Shown here: positions 1 through 20,280 of the stretch, one piece after another
Layout: the number at the start of each line of letters is the position of its first letter
How positions within the stretch are numbered: position 1 is the first letter of the stretch
Assembly: GCA_002269645.1 (NCBI GenBank)
Contig: NIVC01000655.1
Location: 310,001 to 374,000 of the forward strand
Source of the DNA: Macrostomum lignano
Lineage: Eukaryota
DNA length: 64,000 nucleotides
Direction: 5' to 3'
The notes under the pieces: model-generated
What the model was told of the DNA's origin: nothing
The model's database searches: none
Seen by the model: only the letters and a program-made list of their open reading frames with translations
Translations under genes and position numbers: made by a program

Positions 1-53
1 CCAACCCCCATCCAATTCCGCCCAATCAGGGAAACGCAATCGCTAAAACGGAC

Positions 54-3000
54 CTCCTCCGCCGATCTAGGCGCTTTGAGATCGTGCTCAAACACGCCGT
101 GCGACGTGAAGATGCTCGGATTGAGGCAGGAGGCCGCGTCGCCCTCGTTGCCGTAGGCCCTCCGATCCGACACGCTGCGCACGGCCGGGGCCGGTAGGTC
201 GGAGCGGATGGTGGCGCAGCCGTAGGTTCGAAACCTGGTTGGATCGTAGCGGCCAACAGCGGCCGAGTACATGCTGTTGGTAGTCTTGTGAGCCGAGATC
301 GACTCGTCGATTTGGCGAGCGAGCCGCGCCTCGCTGTCTAGAGTTCGCTTGCCGTAGTCCGACTGGGAGCGGACGCCTGAGTAGGTCAAGGTTTGGGTGT
401 GGGTCAGTAGTGGGTCAAAAATTAGAATACTAAAATTATATCTCCGCGACTCATTGACCCAATATTACCTAACAGGCTAATGTGTCTACGTGTCTGTGTG
501 TCAATCATTTTGTTCTGAGAGGTTTATTACTCTTAGTGACAATTGCAGCTAAAGTAGAGTGTACAATGCACAGCAATTCGAAGAGGCCTGGGATTCTCTT
601 GACGGGAAATTAGTTTCCTCTTGTCAAAAGGCAACACGAAATGCTACACTCAATAATTCTAAGGCATTGCTGCATTGACACCGAGCTGATTACTTCCGCA
701 GTTGTCTGTTCTCTTTTTGAGCTTATTTGCTATGCAATTTGCGTCGATTCAAACAAAATAGAATCTGATCAGTGTTCTTAACGGGCAAATCTAGCCCTAT
801 AAGTCTAATCTAGCTGTACCAGGACGAGATCTAATCTATTCATAGTAATTAGCAGAAACGAATGAGGAACGTACTGTTTCAAGATATTGAAACATGCACA
901 TTCTAATGCGAAAATTAAAGTCTTATTTTACAATAAGACTGCTTCTACTTTACTGATAGTAACCAACTTGGAGCATTGAATTAGAAAATTACTTATTGCT
1001 GAGCTCGTGATAAAGATGCCGAGTTTACACTTCTAATTGGGCTGGCACTGATTTTACGCGTTTAAATGATGGAATCTCTCTCTTGGATGCTTCTTCAGAG
1101 GGGTAGAAGAGCTAGTCTTTTTATACTGAAATCACCACTCCAATGGGGGGTTGGCTATACTTAAATCACCCATCTAATGGGGGGGGGTTGGCTAGTCTTT
1201 ATATACTAACATCACCACCCTAATGGAGGTTGGCTAATCTTTCTGTACTAAAATCACCACTTCAATGGGGGGTTGGCTAGTCTTCTATACTAAAATCACC
1301 ACTCCAATTAAGGACGGGGGGCTAGTCAAATTCCATACCAAAGAAATCAACGATTGCAATTAATATATACTAGCTCAAGACCTGCATGTTGTTTATTCGA
1401 AAATTCCCATTTCTTTCTTTGTTGCCTCGGCCTCAACCGGGGCGCAGATTGCTAGCCTTTCCATACTAAAACCTCATCATACTCACTAATATCTCTCCAG
1501 TTGAGGAAGTTGGCAAACTCCTGATAGTCGATTAGCCCATCGCCGTTGACGTCGCAGAAGTCGATAAGTTGTTCGAGCAGCGAGTCGTCCAGCGGAACGC
1601 TCATCTCTCGGCAGGCGGCGCGAATGTCGTCAGCGCTCAACTTGCCGGAGCCGGACTTGTCATAGAATCGGAACGCGTCTTCAAGATCTTTGAAGCGCTC
1701 GTAGTTCATAGTTTTCAGTTGGGTGCGCAGCGCGGCGACCAGAGCACGGCGCCGGTCCTCGCCGCGAAGGAAATGCTTGGGCGCCCGACCGTGCAACAGG
1801 TCGCCGACTCCGTAGGGATCGGGCTTGTGCAGGACGCCGAAAGTGTGGTCCGGCGGCACCTTCATCGTGTCCTTGATGCTGCACATAGGGAAGTTAAGAG
1901 AAACGCAGGTAGAGTTCATTTTTGACGTACTTAGAGAACCATTTATTGTGGAATATTTTTGGGATAAATATATACACATTTATATGAATATATGCGATCA
2001 ATGGAATACTGATTAATGATCAATGGGATCAATAATCAGATCAATACGATCAATGGTATTTAAATACGAGCGTATATGCACATTTATATGAATATATGCG
2101 ATCAATGGAATACTGATATATGACATGAATAGTACTTGGTCTTAATCTAAATTTGAAATCCATTTGAATATGAGATGAATTTATGAATATGGGATCAATC
2201 TATGAATATGGGCTCAATTTATGAATAGGGGATCAATTTATGAATATGGAACTCACGGATCCAGATTCTTGCCCAACTGAGGCTGAGTTCGCTCTCGAAA
2301 ATCATCCAGCCGTTTGTCTACCAGAGCCTCCCGCCTGGCCGCCGCTTCGTCCCCTATCCAGCTCATGCACTTGCGCGTGCCGCCCCCGGTGTTGTCGTGC
2401 GGCGTCGGCTTGCCCCAGCGTTTGGCGCCGCCGGCGTCTTTTAGTCGCCAATTGTAGCCGCGGCTGGCCTGTTCTCCGGCCAGCAGGGCCTTGTGCGACA
2501 CCAGGTAGGTGTTCGCGTCGCTGGCCGCCTCCGTGGCCAGTTCGATTGGCGTGGCAGACGGGTTGAGCAGCTCGCCAGCTGAACCGACTGGGCGCGTGGG
2601 TCGGTTTGGCGGGATTTTTTGATTTTGGGATATTTACTTTGGGATTCTGAGGATCTTATAGTAAGGGATTTTGAGGATTTATAGTATGGGATTTGAGGAT
2701 TTATAGTATGGGATGTTGAGGATTTATAGTATGGGATGTTGAGGATTTATAGTATGGGATTTTGAGGATTTATAGTATGGGATTTTGAGGATCTTTAGTT
2801 TGGGATTTTGAGGATCTTTAGTTTGGAATTTTCTCACCTTTACTTTCGGATTTTCGGGATCTGTACTTTGGGATTTTTGGGATCTTAGCTTTTGGAATTT
2901 GGGATTTTTGGCCCTATGACGTGGAAGTCTTAGTCCCAAGAGCGTTAATACACTTATACAGTTGACTCACTCTTTTCCACAGTGATGCCGAACGTGGTGT

Positions 3001-4052
3001 TGTCTTTGTCCAGATTCTGCGGCAGCAGGCCCATCTCTCGGCCGTCGGGGCACCGGCCGAGCGGTCGCTTCTTGGCGTTCACCTGAGCGGCTTCAAGGCG
3101 GTCCATGAATCGCTGCTGGTAGAAGGTTAGCGGCGTCGGGTTCAGGACACCGCCCGCGCCCTCGCTGCGGCGAGTTTTAGTTTGAAACAGAGTTTTAGTT
3201 GGGGTACGATAATCTTGTTTAATCAGGTGCGATAATAATGTCTAACTAGGTGCGATAATCCTGTTCAACTAGGTGCGATAATCATGTCTAACCAGGTGCG
3301 ATAATCCTGTCTTGCGATAATCATGTCTAACCAGGTGTGATAATCCCATCCAACCAGGAGCAATATTCTTATCTAATCAGGTGCGATAATCCAGTCTAAT
3401 CAAGTGGATAATCCCGTCTAATCAGGTGAATAATCCTGTACAACCAGGTGTGATAGTCCTGTCTAATCAGGTGTGTTAACCCAAGTCACACCTAATCCGA
3501 TGCAATAAGCGTATGGTAGAGAGGATAGAAAAAAAGCAACGTGTATTACGTTATCTCTCCGTGCTCAGCACTCAGCCACTCACCCTTTCGGATACTTGAT
3601 TCCGTGAGTCATGCGCTCCGCCCAGCGCAGTTGCGGATCGCTGGCTTTGCCATAAAACACGATTCGTTCGCCGGGCTCCGAGCGAAAAGTTCGGTGAAAC
3701 TTTTTTGTAGGTTCCGGCGACTCGGCCTGTGGATTTCGTTTAAAACAATATTTATGTACACAGACAGTTCTAGGCGAAATATACTACTAATTAGCTACTT
3801 ACACGTTCCATTTCTTTGGTAGCGGTAGCTGCAGTGTCTCCTCCAACATCGCTGACTATTCCAGCCTAGAATCGTATTAAGTTTATTTGATATGATTGTG
3901 CTGTTTAGCTGAATATTATAATTTTTATAATATGTGATATCAATGCTTACAGTTTTCAAATCGGGATTTCTGTCCTTATATTTGCCAGCATAGATGCCCC
4001 GAAGTGGAGGCAATATAGGCGGCGGGCGAATGCTGTCAAGGGTTGACGCCAT
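54..4052 (-). CDS. EFHB: EF-hand domain-containing family member B (CFAP21-like), multi-exon, 3' end runs off the window start
   Basis: Exons 4052-3951, 3865-3803, 3726-3584, 3164-2971, 2587-2257, 1878-1487, 376-54, all with GT/AG boundaries in compatible phases. Peptides VPPDHTFG..YGVGDLLH, two EF-hands (FYDKSGSGKLS; CDVNGDGLIDYQEFANFLNW) and TIRSDLPAP..VSDRRAYGNEG match EFHB as I know it. Confidence 0.9.
1120..1330. repeat. Degenerate ~40-bp tandem repeat (AAATCACCACTCCAATGGGGGGTTGGCTA core) in an EFHB intron
   Basis: About 5 diverged copies visible. Confidence 0.7.
1940..2250. repeat. AT-rich degenerate repeat (ATGAATATGGGATCAAT-like) in an EFHB intron
   Basis: Recurring ATGAATAT and GATCAAT units running up to the donor at 2256. 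Confidence 0.6.
2615..2890. repeat. ~22-bp minisatellite GGGATTTTGAGGATTTATAGTAT in an EFHB intron
   Basis: Direct tandem copies. Confidence 0.85.
3205..3480. repeat. ~22-bp minisatellite CAGGTGCGATAATCCTGTCTAA in an EFHB intron
   Basis: About 12 diverged tandem copies. Confidence 0.85.
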
Positions 4053-7000
4053 CTGTGTGAAGGGGAAGCTGAAAAGTATGTTTTTTTAATGTTGATTTTG
4101 AGATATTCAATGAAAATAAACAAATCGTCTCTTAAATGTTCATTAAAATTAGATATACGAACTAATCAACTTAAAGTATTGGGCCAGATATAGCTCGTAA
4201 TTTGCCCTGATTTGATTATCTTGGCGAACTTGGGTTTAATTTTACGTCTATTGCATTTCTCTTGGTTGTTTTAAGTTCTAGATAACCCTGAATCCTAGTA
4301 TAAATAGCTAAATGTATAAAAATATTAGCATGTATTGTTTAATGGAAAGTTATAAAGTATTATTTGTAAGAATTTTAGACAAATGCTGTATGCTGCCAGA
4401 AAATTGCATTTTAAAGAGTATTATTATTACTGTTATATTATTATTTCATTTATTAAAAATTGAAAAATCGCTACACTTTTGTCTTGAATCGCACTTAAAA
4501 GGCTATGTAGCTTCTTATACTTTTTTAAATAGCTACTCGTAACAACACCTCTCAAAATATTACAATTAAAAAGATTCTACGAAGATAGAAACATAGTGGC
4601 TTGATAATTTTAACATAGCATACATAGCATAGGTAACAATATGCAATGGTGTGCTGAAGCACAATCGATAAAGTCTTTTTACGCTTTTTTGTCTTTGACT
4701 AGGAGCTGTGGCCTGCAGACCCGTGATGAATATTTTAAAAGCTTGTATCGGTCTTGGATAAATCAGTAATTATAACTGCAATTTAAATTATCTGTCGCTA
4801 TAGCTATGCATTTTACAATGGTTGACATAAATATGCAGTCTTATCAAATATTAAAATAAAACCAGAAACCATATTAGTAAACATTTACAGTTACATTCAC
4901 GATCTAACTTTTAAAAAAAGTTTAAACTTTGTTTTACCAATTGTAGACATTTCTTTTAAATCATAGGAATAACACGATGTTTACATTTTCCTAGAAATGA
5001 TTAGCAAAATAATTATTTTTTAACAGCCCAGTTTAAACTTTAATCAATTCTATTGGTCTTGCCACCTTTAGACAGATACCGTCGACCACTAATTATTCTT
5101 TTCAGATTTTAAATTTATTCTGCATATGCTTACACAGAAGAATAACCTAACGAAACCACAGGGTAGCTCATGGCTTCATGCCCTGCTCGGCCTGCTCCCT
5201 CCAAAATTTTGTGTTGTGGTTGTGCCAGCCAGACAGTAAAATATTTTTTATGCATTTGCAAAATATACAAGCTTGGTTAGGTAAATTTGTACTTTTGAAA
5301 ACTCTTACAGTTTTATCATAGTTTTATTATTCAAGTATTTCACTTTAAAAGTATTTATGAATTGAAATATCTTATCAATCTCAAATTAGGCCTATTGACA
5401 TTGTCAGTGCCATTGATATAACTTTTATGGCAAAAATTTAGTGCATTCTAGCAATAAAACTATTAAAAAATAAAATATTTGTATGTACCAAATCTCTAAC
5501 TATATAAAAGGTTTTAATTTTCTATGTTTTTTAATTTCAAATTTCTATGTTTTTAATTCTTTAATTAAATAATAAAATATAGTCTAAGGCCATGGCCATA
5601 ATGTTTTAATCTAACTTAAAAGTATTGTAAGGGTCCTTCTTCATTTGTCCCTTATTTTATTTTATTTTTAGTTTGTGGTCCTACAAATATAAGTCATTTT
5701 TAGAAAGAATTTGATGCTAGCCAAATTCAAATAGACAAAAAACTCATTACTTTTTTAATTCAGTTTAAATATAATAATAAAAGCTAAGGGCAATGTCCTA
5801 GTTTCCTGGGTTAAATTATTTTGATCCAAAATTTGAAATGAGCAAATGGAAGAAGTTTATTAAAGATTTAAAACCAGTCTTACTCTTAGGTCTTAAAAGA
5901 AGTATTACATAGCGTAATATTATATCAGCCAATATAGAAAGTTGCCAAAGCTCTTTTTAGGTAGGTAAGGTAGAGTTGGTGCCAGAGAAACTTGCTGAGG
6001 TGGGAGTCAAAAAGGCTATTAGATGATAGGTTGCCAGCTAATGCATAGTCAACTCATAGTCAACTCATTATTAGGCCTAACAGCACCAGATTGCAATGAC
6101 TGATCTCAAGGTCATAGAGGTTGGTTGATGGCCGCAAATTAGTAGGAGGTACAATATTTACAGGTATTAAAGGTTGTCTAGCCATGATTTATGCTGAAAA
6201 TAATGAAAATTGGGTCAAAATAATTTAGCATGGGAAACTAAGACATTGCCAAGCTAGGTATTGTAAACATATTAGTAGCTCTATTTTTTTCAAAAAAATC
6301 TAAAGATAAAAAGTAAAGAAAGATAAATACAAAACAAATTATTGATACTTTAGATATCTTTTAGTAAGTATAGATAAATGTCTATAGGCAATTTATATTT
6401 TTATTTGAAAAAATAAATTCCATACTTATAACTATTTTCTAAAATGAAATTCTACACAATTTAATAAAAAATATATATTATTAAGTAAAGTAAGATTTTT
6501 AATAAAGTGCTAGGCCTATCCTATTTTTAAGAATAATCAGAAATAAAAAGCTTTGTATTTTTAATTTTATCCAATATTATTTTTAAAATCTTCAATAGAC
6601 TGACTTATTTAATATACTTTGTAAAAGAAAAAAATATCAATTTTCTGTTGAAGGGTTACAAAAGGTCTTTGTAGTTTCAAGTAAATATTTTACAAATAAT
6701 GTCTAATCTAGCAAAAAATTTAAAAGTTAGCATGTGGCATGCTTTATATAAAAAAGAAAAAGAGCTATATGTTTTTGAGTAAGATAGTGAAAGTGTTTTT
6801 TCTTAAGAAAAGAACTTATTTTGGCTTAGCAAAGCTTAGCAATAATTTTTATATGCTTCAATTAACAAAAGTTAGCATAATTCAATATTTTACAAAATCA
6901 AAGCTATGCAATATTAAATATTGCCCATTTTTTAAAGTTATTAAATTTGCCCATATTAAAAGTTTATCAAAACATTTTTATATCATTCATCATTATTCAT

Positions 7001-7258
7001 AAAACCTCTAAACAACAATTAATTCAAATCAAGTATAATATTTAATGCTATAAAATTTTGCAAGCTTATTGATTATTAGAAGAACTAAATCCTTTATAAA
7101 TAGGTAGGTAATGATTTAATTCAATTCATCTTTTGGTTATTTGTATTTTATCTTTTAACTTCTAAAGCCTTATTTCCACTCATGCTTACAGAGTATCTTC
7201 TGAAAAAGTAAGTATACACATAAAGAAAAACCAGCATCAATATTTAACTCTAGTTGTC

Positions 7259-10301
<3,043 letters not shown>

Positions 10302-10686
10302 ATTTGCCCCGATAGCAGCAGAGGGTTACATTATTTCTTATTTAACTACTACATTCACTCCCTGTTTAGATTGCTAAATAAGGATACATTTAAAAAATAA
10401 CTGTATATTTTCAGTTAGTGAGAGTATAAATTATTAAAAATTATTTAGGGTAGAATAGTATTAGTTATGCAACGTTGAATATTTGCACACCTATTGGCAT
10501 AATATGTTATTATTAATACTAATATGAGTAGTGTACAATGCGAAACTGCGGCTATTTTGTTGTGAATGTTTTATTTGAGAAAGTCATTGCTCGATTCTTT
10601 TGAAGTTCTTCTTTTATATAACATTGAGATTTAATTTGCTAACAAATGCAGGTTGAGGTCCATTGGTCCTGATCTTAATCGTGGCG

Positions 10687-11125
10687 CCCCAATGTACACT
10701 CGCCCCTTGACCAGCCCCCAATGTACACTCGCCCCTGGCCAGCCCCCAATGTACACTCGCCCCTGGCCAGCCCCAATGTACACTCGCCCCTGGCCAGCCC
10801 CCCATGTACACTCGCCCCTTGACCAGCCCCCAATGTACACTCGCCCCTTGGCCAGCCCCCAATGTACACTCGCCCCTGGCCAGCCCCAATGTACACTCGC
10901 CCCTGGCCAGCCCCAATGTACACTCGCCCCTGGCCAGCCCCCAATGTACACTCGCCCCTGGCCAGCCCCCAATGTACACTCGCCCCTGGCCAGCCCCCAA
11001 TGTACACTCGCCCCTGGCCAGCCCCCAATGTACACTCGCCCCTGGCCAGCCCCCAATGTACACTCGCCCCTGGTCAGCCCCCAATGTACACCCGCCCCTG
11101 ACCAGCCCCCAATGTACACCCCTCA
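10687..11125. repeat. ~28-29-bp minisatellite CCCCAATGTACACTCGCCCCTGGCCAGC
   Basis: About 15 near-identical copies; source of several spurious ORFs. Confidence 0.97.
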
Positions 11126-12117
11126 CCAATCGTATTGTTCACTCCGCTTCATAGGCAGGTGTCACAATTCATTACAAGCTGGTGATTAATTCAGAACAAC
11201 CTGTCCAGAACTCAATGGAATAATTTGCTTTTATAATGCTGTCACTATGTTAATTTAGCAGTTATATCCAGGAAAGCAAACTCCCAATATCTTTTGAAAT
11301 TATATTAATTCTCTTTACGCACCGTTTGTTTACATTTACTGTTAGTAGTCTGTCAGACAAGTATAAAAACGTTTTCCTACTTAAATATGGACAATATTTT
11401 AGTGTTAGTATTTGTCGCTTATAAAAAAACTTATTTTTCCTGGTTATTACTTTTTAGCGTTATTACTAGTAGTAGTAACAGTTGTAAGGCAGTGACTCAA
11501 AATGTTTCAATGATGCTTTCGTTGTCCTATTACTGGCTAACTAGTTTTTTGTCTCGTGTGCGATTTGCAGTCCCACCCGTGAGCCTCCCACCTCCCGATC
11601 TGTTGCATAATAATACACACTACGGCACACACAATACTGCAGTAATTCCAAAATTATAAACGCCTGGACTCATCGATCCAAGCTGCAACCTTCATCTGTC
11701 ATTGTTGCTCTGTTTTCAATCCATCTCTGACCGCCATCCACTTAATCCTCGCGTCCGACTCTGTAATTGTTCCTGTTTAACCTCTTTTTCGCGGTTGATT
11801 GCAGTATAGTGAAGTCATTTTTCCTCCGTGTTAATTTATTGATTAATGGATTGATCAGATAATGGACTCGTGATTTATCAGTTGATGCGCATCCTTTAGT
11901 TAAGCCCTAAGCATTGAGTTATACTAAATACATAGATGATTATATAGACTTCAATATGGACAAGAAGTACATTACTTATATAATTGACATGCCATGTCTT
12001 AGTAAATTCTATGCATATATATTGCCGAAAAGCTAAATTCTACTCGCTTGCTTGTTGCATTTCAGTTGCTGTTTTTTGTTACGTAAAAGTTCCACACAAG
12101 TCGCCCACTACCAGACT

Positions 12118-12410
12118 CCACGCTCCAGACCGCCCGAACCCCAATGTACACACTCCAGACCGCCCCAACCACAATGTACACACTCCAGACCGCCCCAACC
12201 CCAATGTACACGCTCCAGACCGCCCCAACCCCAATGTACACACACCAGACTTCCCAACCCCAATGTACATACTCCAGACCACCCCAGTCCCAATGTACAC
12301 ACACCAGACCACCCCAGTTCCCATGTACACACACCAGACCACCCCAACCCCAATGTACACACTCCAGACCGCCGCAACCCCAATGTACACACTCCAGTCC
12401 ACCCAACTCA
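12118..12410. repeat. 30-bp minisatellite CCCCAATGTACACACTCCAGACCGCCCCAA
   Basis: About 10 copies, 30-bp period. Confidence 0.95.
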
Positions 12411-12964
12411 AAAGGAATTTAAAACATTACACTGCTTAATTGTTAAAAAAATGGACAACTACAATATATATATGCGGGTCATATTTAAATTAACATTTAT
12501 TGATCATTAGAAAAATACAGCAAAAACACGAATGCTTGGCGCGCAAAGCAGTAACTAAAGCAGGTCATTCGCTTACTAATAAGCTAATTATTCCTATTGT
12601 CGATCTTCAATAAGCTCAGCTGTAAAGTAGGCAAAAGCAACAGCAGTAGCAATTAGCTGAAATAAGACTTTTCAAGAAACACAATAACGAATTGTAATTG
12701 TCATGAATTTAAATTTTAAACAAAATAGTGCTACCTAATTTATCTCTAATTGTAAGCGGGTTATATGCTAATAAATCATCTCGCTCAACGCCAATCGATT
12801 ATAGATATGATAATAATAATTGCTGCATAATGCTTAAAAAATGTAGACTATCACACAGCAGGTAACGAGACGTAAACTAATCAGCAGCGAAATTAAGGAC
12901 TATAAAGTGCGCGAACATTTCGCATTTTTGAAAACAAAAATAGTCGATTTTTGATGGCGAATTA

Positions 12965-14700
12965 GGGTGGGGCAGGCTGGGGAGGGGTGTATACACTTTG
13001 GGGTGGGGCAGGCTGAGGAGGTTGTGTACACTGTGGAGTGGGGTGGGGAGGGTGAATGTACACTGTGGAGTGGGGTGGTGCAGGCTGCGGAGGTTGTGTA
13101 CACTGTGGAGTGGGGTGGGGAGGGTGAATGTACACTGTGGAGTGGGGTGGTGCAGGCTGCGGAGGTTGTGTACACTGTGGAGTGGGGTGGTGCAGGCTGC
13201 GGAGGTTGTGTACACTGTGGAGTGGAGTGGTGCAGGCTGCGGAGGTTGTGTACACTGTGGAGTGGGGTGGTGCAGGCTGCGGAGGTTGTGTACACTGTGG
13301 AGTGGGGTGGTGCAGGCTGCGGAGGTTGTGTACACTGTGGAGTGGGGTGGGGAGGGTGAATGTACACTGTGGAGTGGGATGGTGCAGGCTGCGGAGGTTG
13401 TGTACACTGTGGAGTGGGGTGGTGCAGGCTGCGGAGGTTGTGTACACTGTGGAGTGGGGTGGTGCAGGCTGCGGAGGTTGTGTACACTGTGGAGTGGGGT
13501 GGTGCAGGCTGCGGAGGTTGTGTACACTGTGGAGTGGGGTGGTGCAGGCTGCGGAGGTTGTGTACACTGTGGAGTGGGGTGGGGAGGGTGAATGTACACT
13601 GTGGAGTGGGGTGGTGCAGGCTGCGGAGGTTGTGTACACTGTGGAGTGGGGTGGTGCAGGCTGCGGAGGTTGTGTACACTGTGGAGTGGGGTGGTGCAGG
13701 CTGCGGAGGTTGTGTACACTGTGGAGTGGGGTGGTGCAGGCTGCGGAGGTTGTGTACACTGTGGAGTGGGGTGGGGAGGGTGAATGTACACTGTGGAGTG
13801 GGATGGTGCAGGCTGCGGAGGTTGTGTACACTGTGGAGTGGGGTGGTGCAGGCTGCGGAGGTTGTGTACACTGTGGAGTGGGTGGTGCAGGCTGCGGAGG
13901 TTGTGTACACTGTGGAGTGGGGTGGGGCGGGCTGCAGAGGTTGTGTACACTGTGGAGTGGGGTGGGGCAGGCTGCGGAGGTTGTGTACACTGTGGAGTTG
14001 TGTACACTGTGGAGTGGGGTGGTGCAGGCTGCGGAGGTTGTGTACACTGTGGAGTGGGGTGGGGAGGGTGAATGTACACTGTGGAGTGGGGTGGTGCAGG
14101 CTGCGGAGGTTGTGTACACTGTGGAGTGGGGTGGTGCAGGCTGCGGAGGTTGTGTACACTGTGGAGTGGGGTGGGGAGGGTGAATGTACACTGTGGAGTG
14201 GGATGGTGCAGGCTGCGGAGGTTGTGTACACTGTGGAGTGGGGTGGTGCAGGCTGCGGAGGTTGTGTACACTGTGGAGTGGGGTGGTGCAGGCTGCGGAG
14301 GTTGTGTACACTGTGGAGTGGGGTGGGGAGGGTGAATGTACACTGTGGAGTGGGATGGTGCAGGCTGCGGAGGTTGTGTACACTGTGGAGTGGGGTGGTG
14401 CAGGCTGCGGAGGTTGTGTACACTGTGGAGTGGGGTGGGGCGGGCTGCGGAGGTTGTGTACACTGTGGAGTGGGGTGGGGCAGGCCGCGGAGGTTGTGTA
14501 CACTGTGGAGTGGGGTGGGGAGGGTGAGTGTACACTGTGGAGTGGGGTGGGGCGGGCTGCGGAGGTTATGTACACTGTGGAGTGGGGTGGGAGGAGTGTG
14601 TTTTTACGCTGTGGAGTTGGGTGAGGAGGGTGAGTGTACACTGTGGAGTGGGGTGGGGCCGGCTGCGGAGGGTGTGTACACTATGGAGTGGGGTGGATGT
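12965..14700. repeat. G-rich minisatellite with 40-bp (TGTACACTGTGGAGTGGGGTGGTGCAGGCTGCGGAGGTTG) and 32-bp variant units
   Basis: 1.7-kb array; periods of 40 and 32 measured between TGTACA starts. Confidence 0.98.
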
Positions 14701-15247
14701 GTTCAATGGAGAGGGATGTTTTGAGTGGGTTGGAGGAGTGTTTATTATTTTAACAATATAAGAAAATTGAGAAAACAAGCAAAGATTATCAACAGAAAAA
14801 GCAAGATGTAGGTACGAGTATAAAAGAAATTTTTTGTGTCTGCCTGACAAGTAAACTAGTTGAATGACGTCTCCTCTGACTACTGATGGTAATACTTATG
14901 CTGAAAAAATCAACAATTTATGCTCAGCAGGTGAAAATGCATTGCGTTCGCTATAAATCCCGCTAATATGCCAATAAAAAGCGCATCTGATACTTGCACA
15001 AGTAGTGATTTGGACAAACAAACAAAATCATAATTACTAAATTAATCGAACAATTAAGGCGAAAGCGACTCGATAATAAAATAGAATTTTGCGATAAACC
15101 GAATGGGTATTGATATTAAATACTGATTCAAAAAAACTTATTGCAAGGTCGAAAAACATATTACAACCATTGGACTGAAAATAAATAATCGACTATGTAA
15201 ACATTTGCTAATAACCGAAACTATTTTTATTGCACTATTATGTGGGA

Positions 15248-15545
15248 TATGAGACAGACAAGCTCTCGAGATCAGACCAGTCCCAGAATGTGAGATAAAC
15301 TATGAGATAGACAGGCTCTCGAGATGAGACCAGCCCCAGAATGTGAGATAAACTATGAGACAGACAGGCTCTCGAGATCAGACCAGCCCCAGAATGTGAG
15401 ATAAACTATGAGATAGACAGGCTCTCGAGATGAGACCAGCCCCAGAATGTGAGATAAACTATGAGACAGACAAGCTCTCGAGATGAGACCAGCCCCAGAA
15501 TGTGAGATAAACTATGAGACAGACAAGCTTTCGAGATGAGACAAT
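15248..15545. repeat. 53-bp tandem repeat just downstream of the galactosyltransferase stop
   Basis: TATGAG starts at 15248, 15301, 15354 and onward; about 5.6 copies. Confidence 0.93.
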
Positions 15546-15573
15546 CAATACGAGATGACACCCCACTGAGAAA

Positions 15574-18547
<2,974 letters not shown>

Positions 18548-18689
18548 GCTTTTATGAGGTTCGCTGCAAAATTACATTAATTTATATTCACTTATCCAAA
18601 TCTCTAATGTGTCTTTTTTCTAATGTCTATTGTAACTATTATGTTGCTTACATAAAGGCAAGGGTACTTGTCTGTGTCACAGTGCCTGC

Positions 18690-18888
18690 CTACCTGTCTG
18701 TCTGTCTACCTGCCCGCCTGTCTCTCTCTCTCTCTCTGTCTGTCTTTCTGCCTGCCTGTCTCCCTGTCTGCTTGCCTGTCTGTCTGTCTGTCTGTCTGTC
18801 TGTCTGCCTGCCTGCCTGTCTCCCTGTCTGCTTGCCTGCCTGCCCGCCTGTCTGTCTATCTGTCTGTCCGTCTGTCCATCTGCCTGCC

Positions 18889-18922
<34 letters not shown>

Positions 18923-19207
18923 CCCGTCTGTCTGTCTGTCTTGCTGCCTGCCTGCCCGTCTGTCTTTCCGCCTGCCCGTCTGTCTTTCCGCCTGCCCGTC
19001 TGTCTTTCTGCCTGCCCGTCTGTCTGTCTTGCTGCCTGCCTGCCCGTCTGTCTTTCCGCCTGCCCGTCTGTCTTTCCGCCTGCCCGTCTGTCTTTCTGCC
19101 TGCCCGTCTGTCTGTCTGTCTTGCTGCCTGCCTGCCCGTCTGTCTTTCTGCCTGCCCGTCTGTCTGTCTGTCCGTCTGTCCATCTGCCTGCCTGTCTGTC
19201 TGTCTGT
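18690..19207. repeat. (CTGT/CCTG)n compound microsatellite
   Basis: Direct inspection. Confidence 0.95.
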
Positions 19208-19484
19208 TTTAGTATCAGAATTTCCACGTATAATACCAATTAAAATAGAAGAAAAGGAAACAATTATAAATACACCAGTTTCTCAAGTGTGTTTATTTAA
19301 TGGAACAAATCAAACACAAAATAGGCAGTGGCTATACAATAAAATGCCATTTTAACATACTATGATAATTAACTAAGTTAAGATGATGTTTTGGCGGAGC
19401 AAATAAAAGTATTGAACCCCAAAGCATGGGATACGTAACTAAGCTCAAATATGCAAGCCTTGTTTAATTTGACCTAAAACCTAA

Positions 19485-20280
19485 TAACCTACTTCCAGTC
19501 TGTAACGCACTAAAAACCAAAACCTACTTCCGGTCGGGAACTCAGAAAGCCAAAACCTACTTCCGGTAGGGAACTCACAGAAAGCCAAAAACCTACATCC
19601 GGTAGGGAACTCACAGAAAGCCAAAAGCCTACATCCGGTAGGGAACTCACTGAAAACTAAAAACCTACTTCCAGTAGGGAACTCACAGAAAGCTAAAAGC
19701 CTATATCCGGTAGGGAACTCACAGAAAGCTAAAAGCCTACATCCGGTAGGGAACTCACTGAAAACTAAAAGCCTACATCCGGTAGGGAACTCACTGAAAA
19801 CAAAACCTACTTCCGGTAGGGAACTCACAGAAAGCCAAAAACCTACATCCGGTAGGGAACTCACATAAAGCCAAAACCTACTTCCGGTAGGGAACTTACA
19901 GAAAGCCAAAACCTACTTCCGGTAGGAAACTTACAGAAAGCCAAAACCTACTTCCGGTAGGGAACTTACAGAAAGCCAAAAACCTACTTCCGGTAGGGAA
20001 CTCACAGAAAGCTAAAAGCCTACATCCGGTAGGGAACTCCCTGAATACCAAAAACCTACTTCCGGTAGGGAACTCCCAGAAAGCTAAAAACCTACATCCG
20101 GTAGGGAACTCCCTGAATACCAGAAACCTACATCCGGTAGGGAACTCACTGAATACCAAAAACCTACATCCGGTAGGGAACTCACTGAAAACCAATAACC
20201 TACTTCCGGTAGGGAACTCACTGAAAACCAAAAACCTACTTCCGGTAGGGAACTCGTTTAAAACGAAAAATCTACTTCCA
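19485..20280. repeat. ~36-bp minisatellite CCTACTTCCGGTAGGGAACTCACAGAAAGCCAAAAA
   Basis: About 22 copies immediately downstream of the NKRF stop. Confidence 0.95.

Noticed and set aside
4100-7200. Short AT-rich ORFs between the divergent EFHB and V-ATPase genes
   Set aside because: No coding-like composition or homology; probably promoter, UTR intron or decayed repeat sequence.
12594-12656. Possible small terminal exon on the minus strand (LIATAVAFAYFTAELIEDRQ*) after a TTATTTCAG acceptor
   Set aside because: I could not find a phase-compatible upstream exon or any recognisable homology.
10614-14761. Many long ORFs (up to 559 aa) on both strands with Pro/His/Thr or Cys/Gly/Trp repeats
   Set aside because: They are translations of stop-free minisatellites, open in several frames at once, with no domains or splice context.
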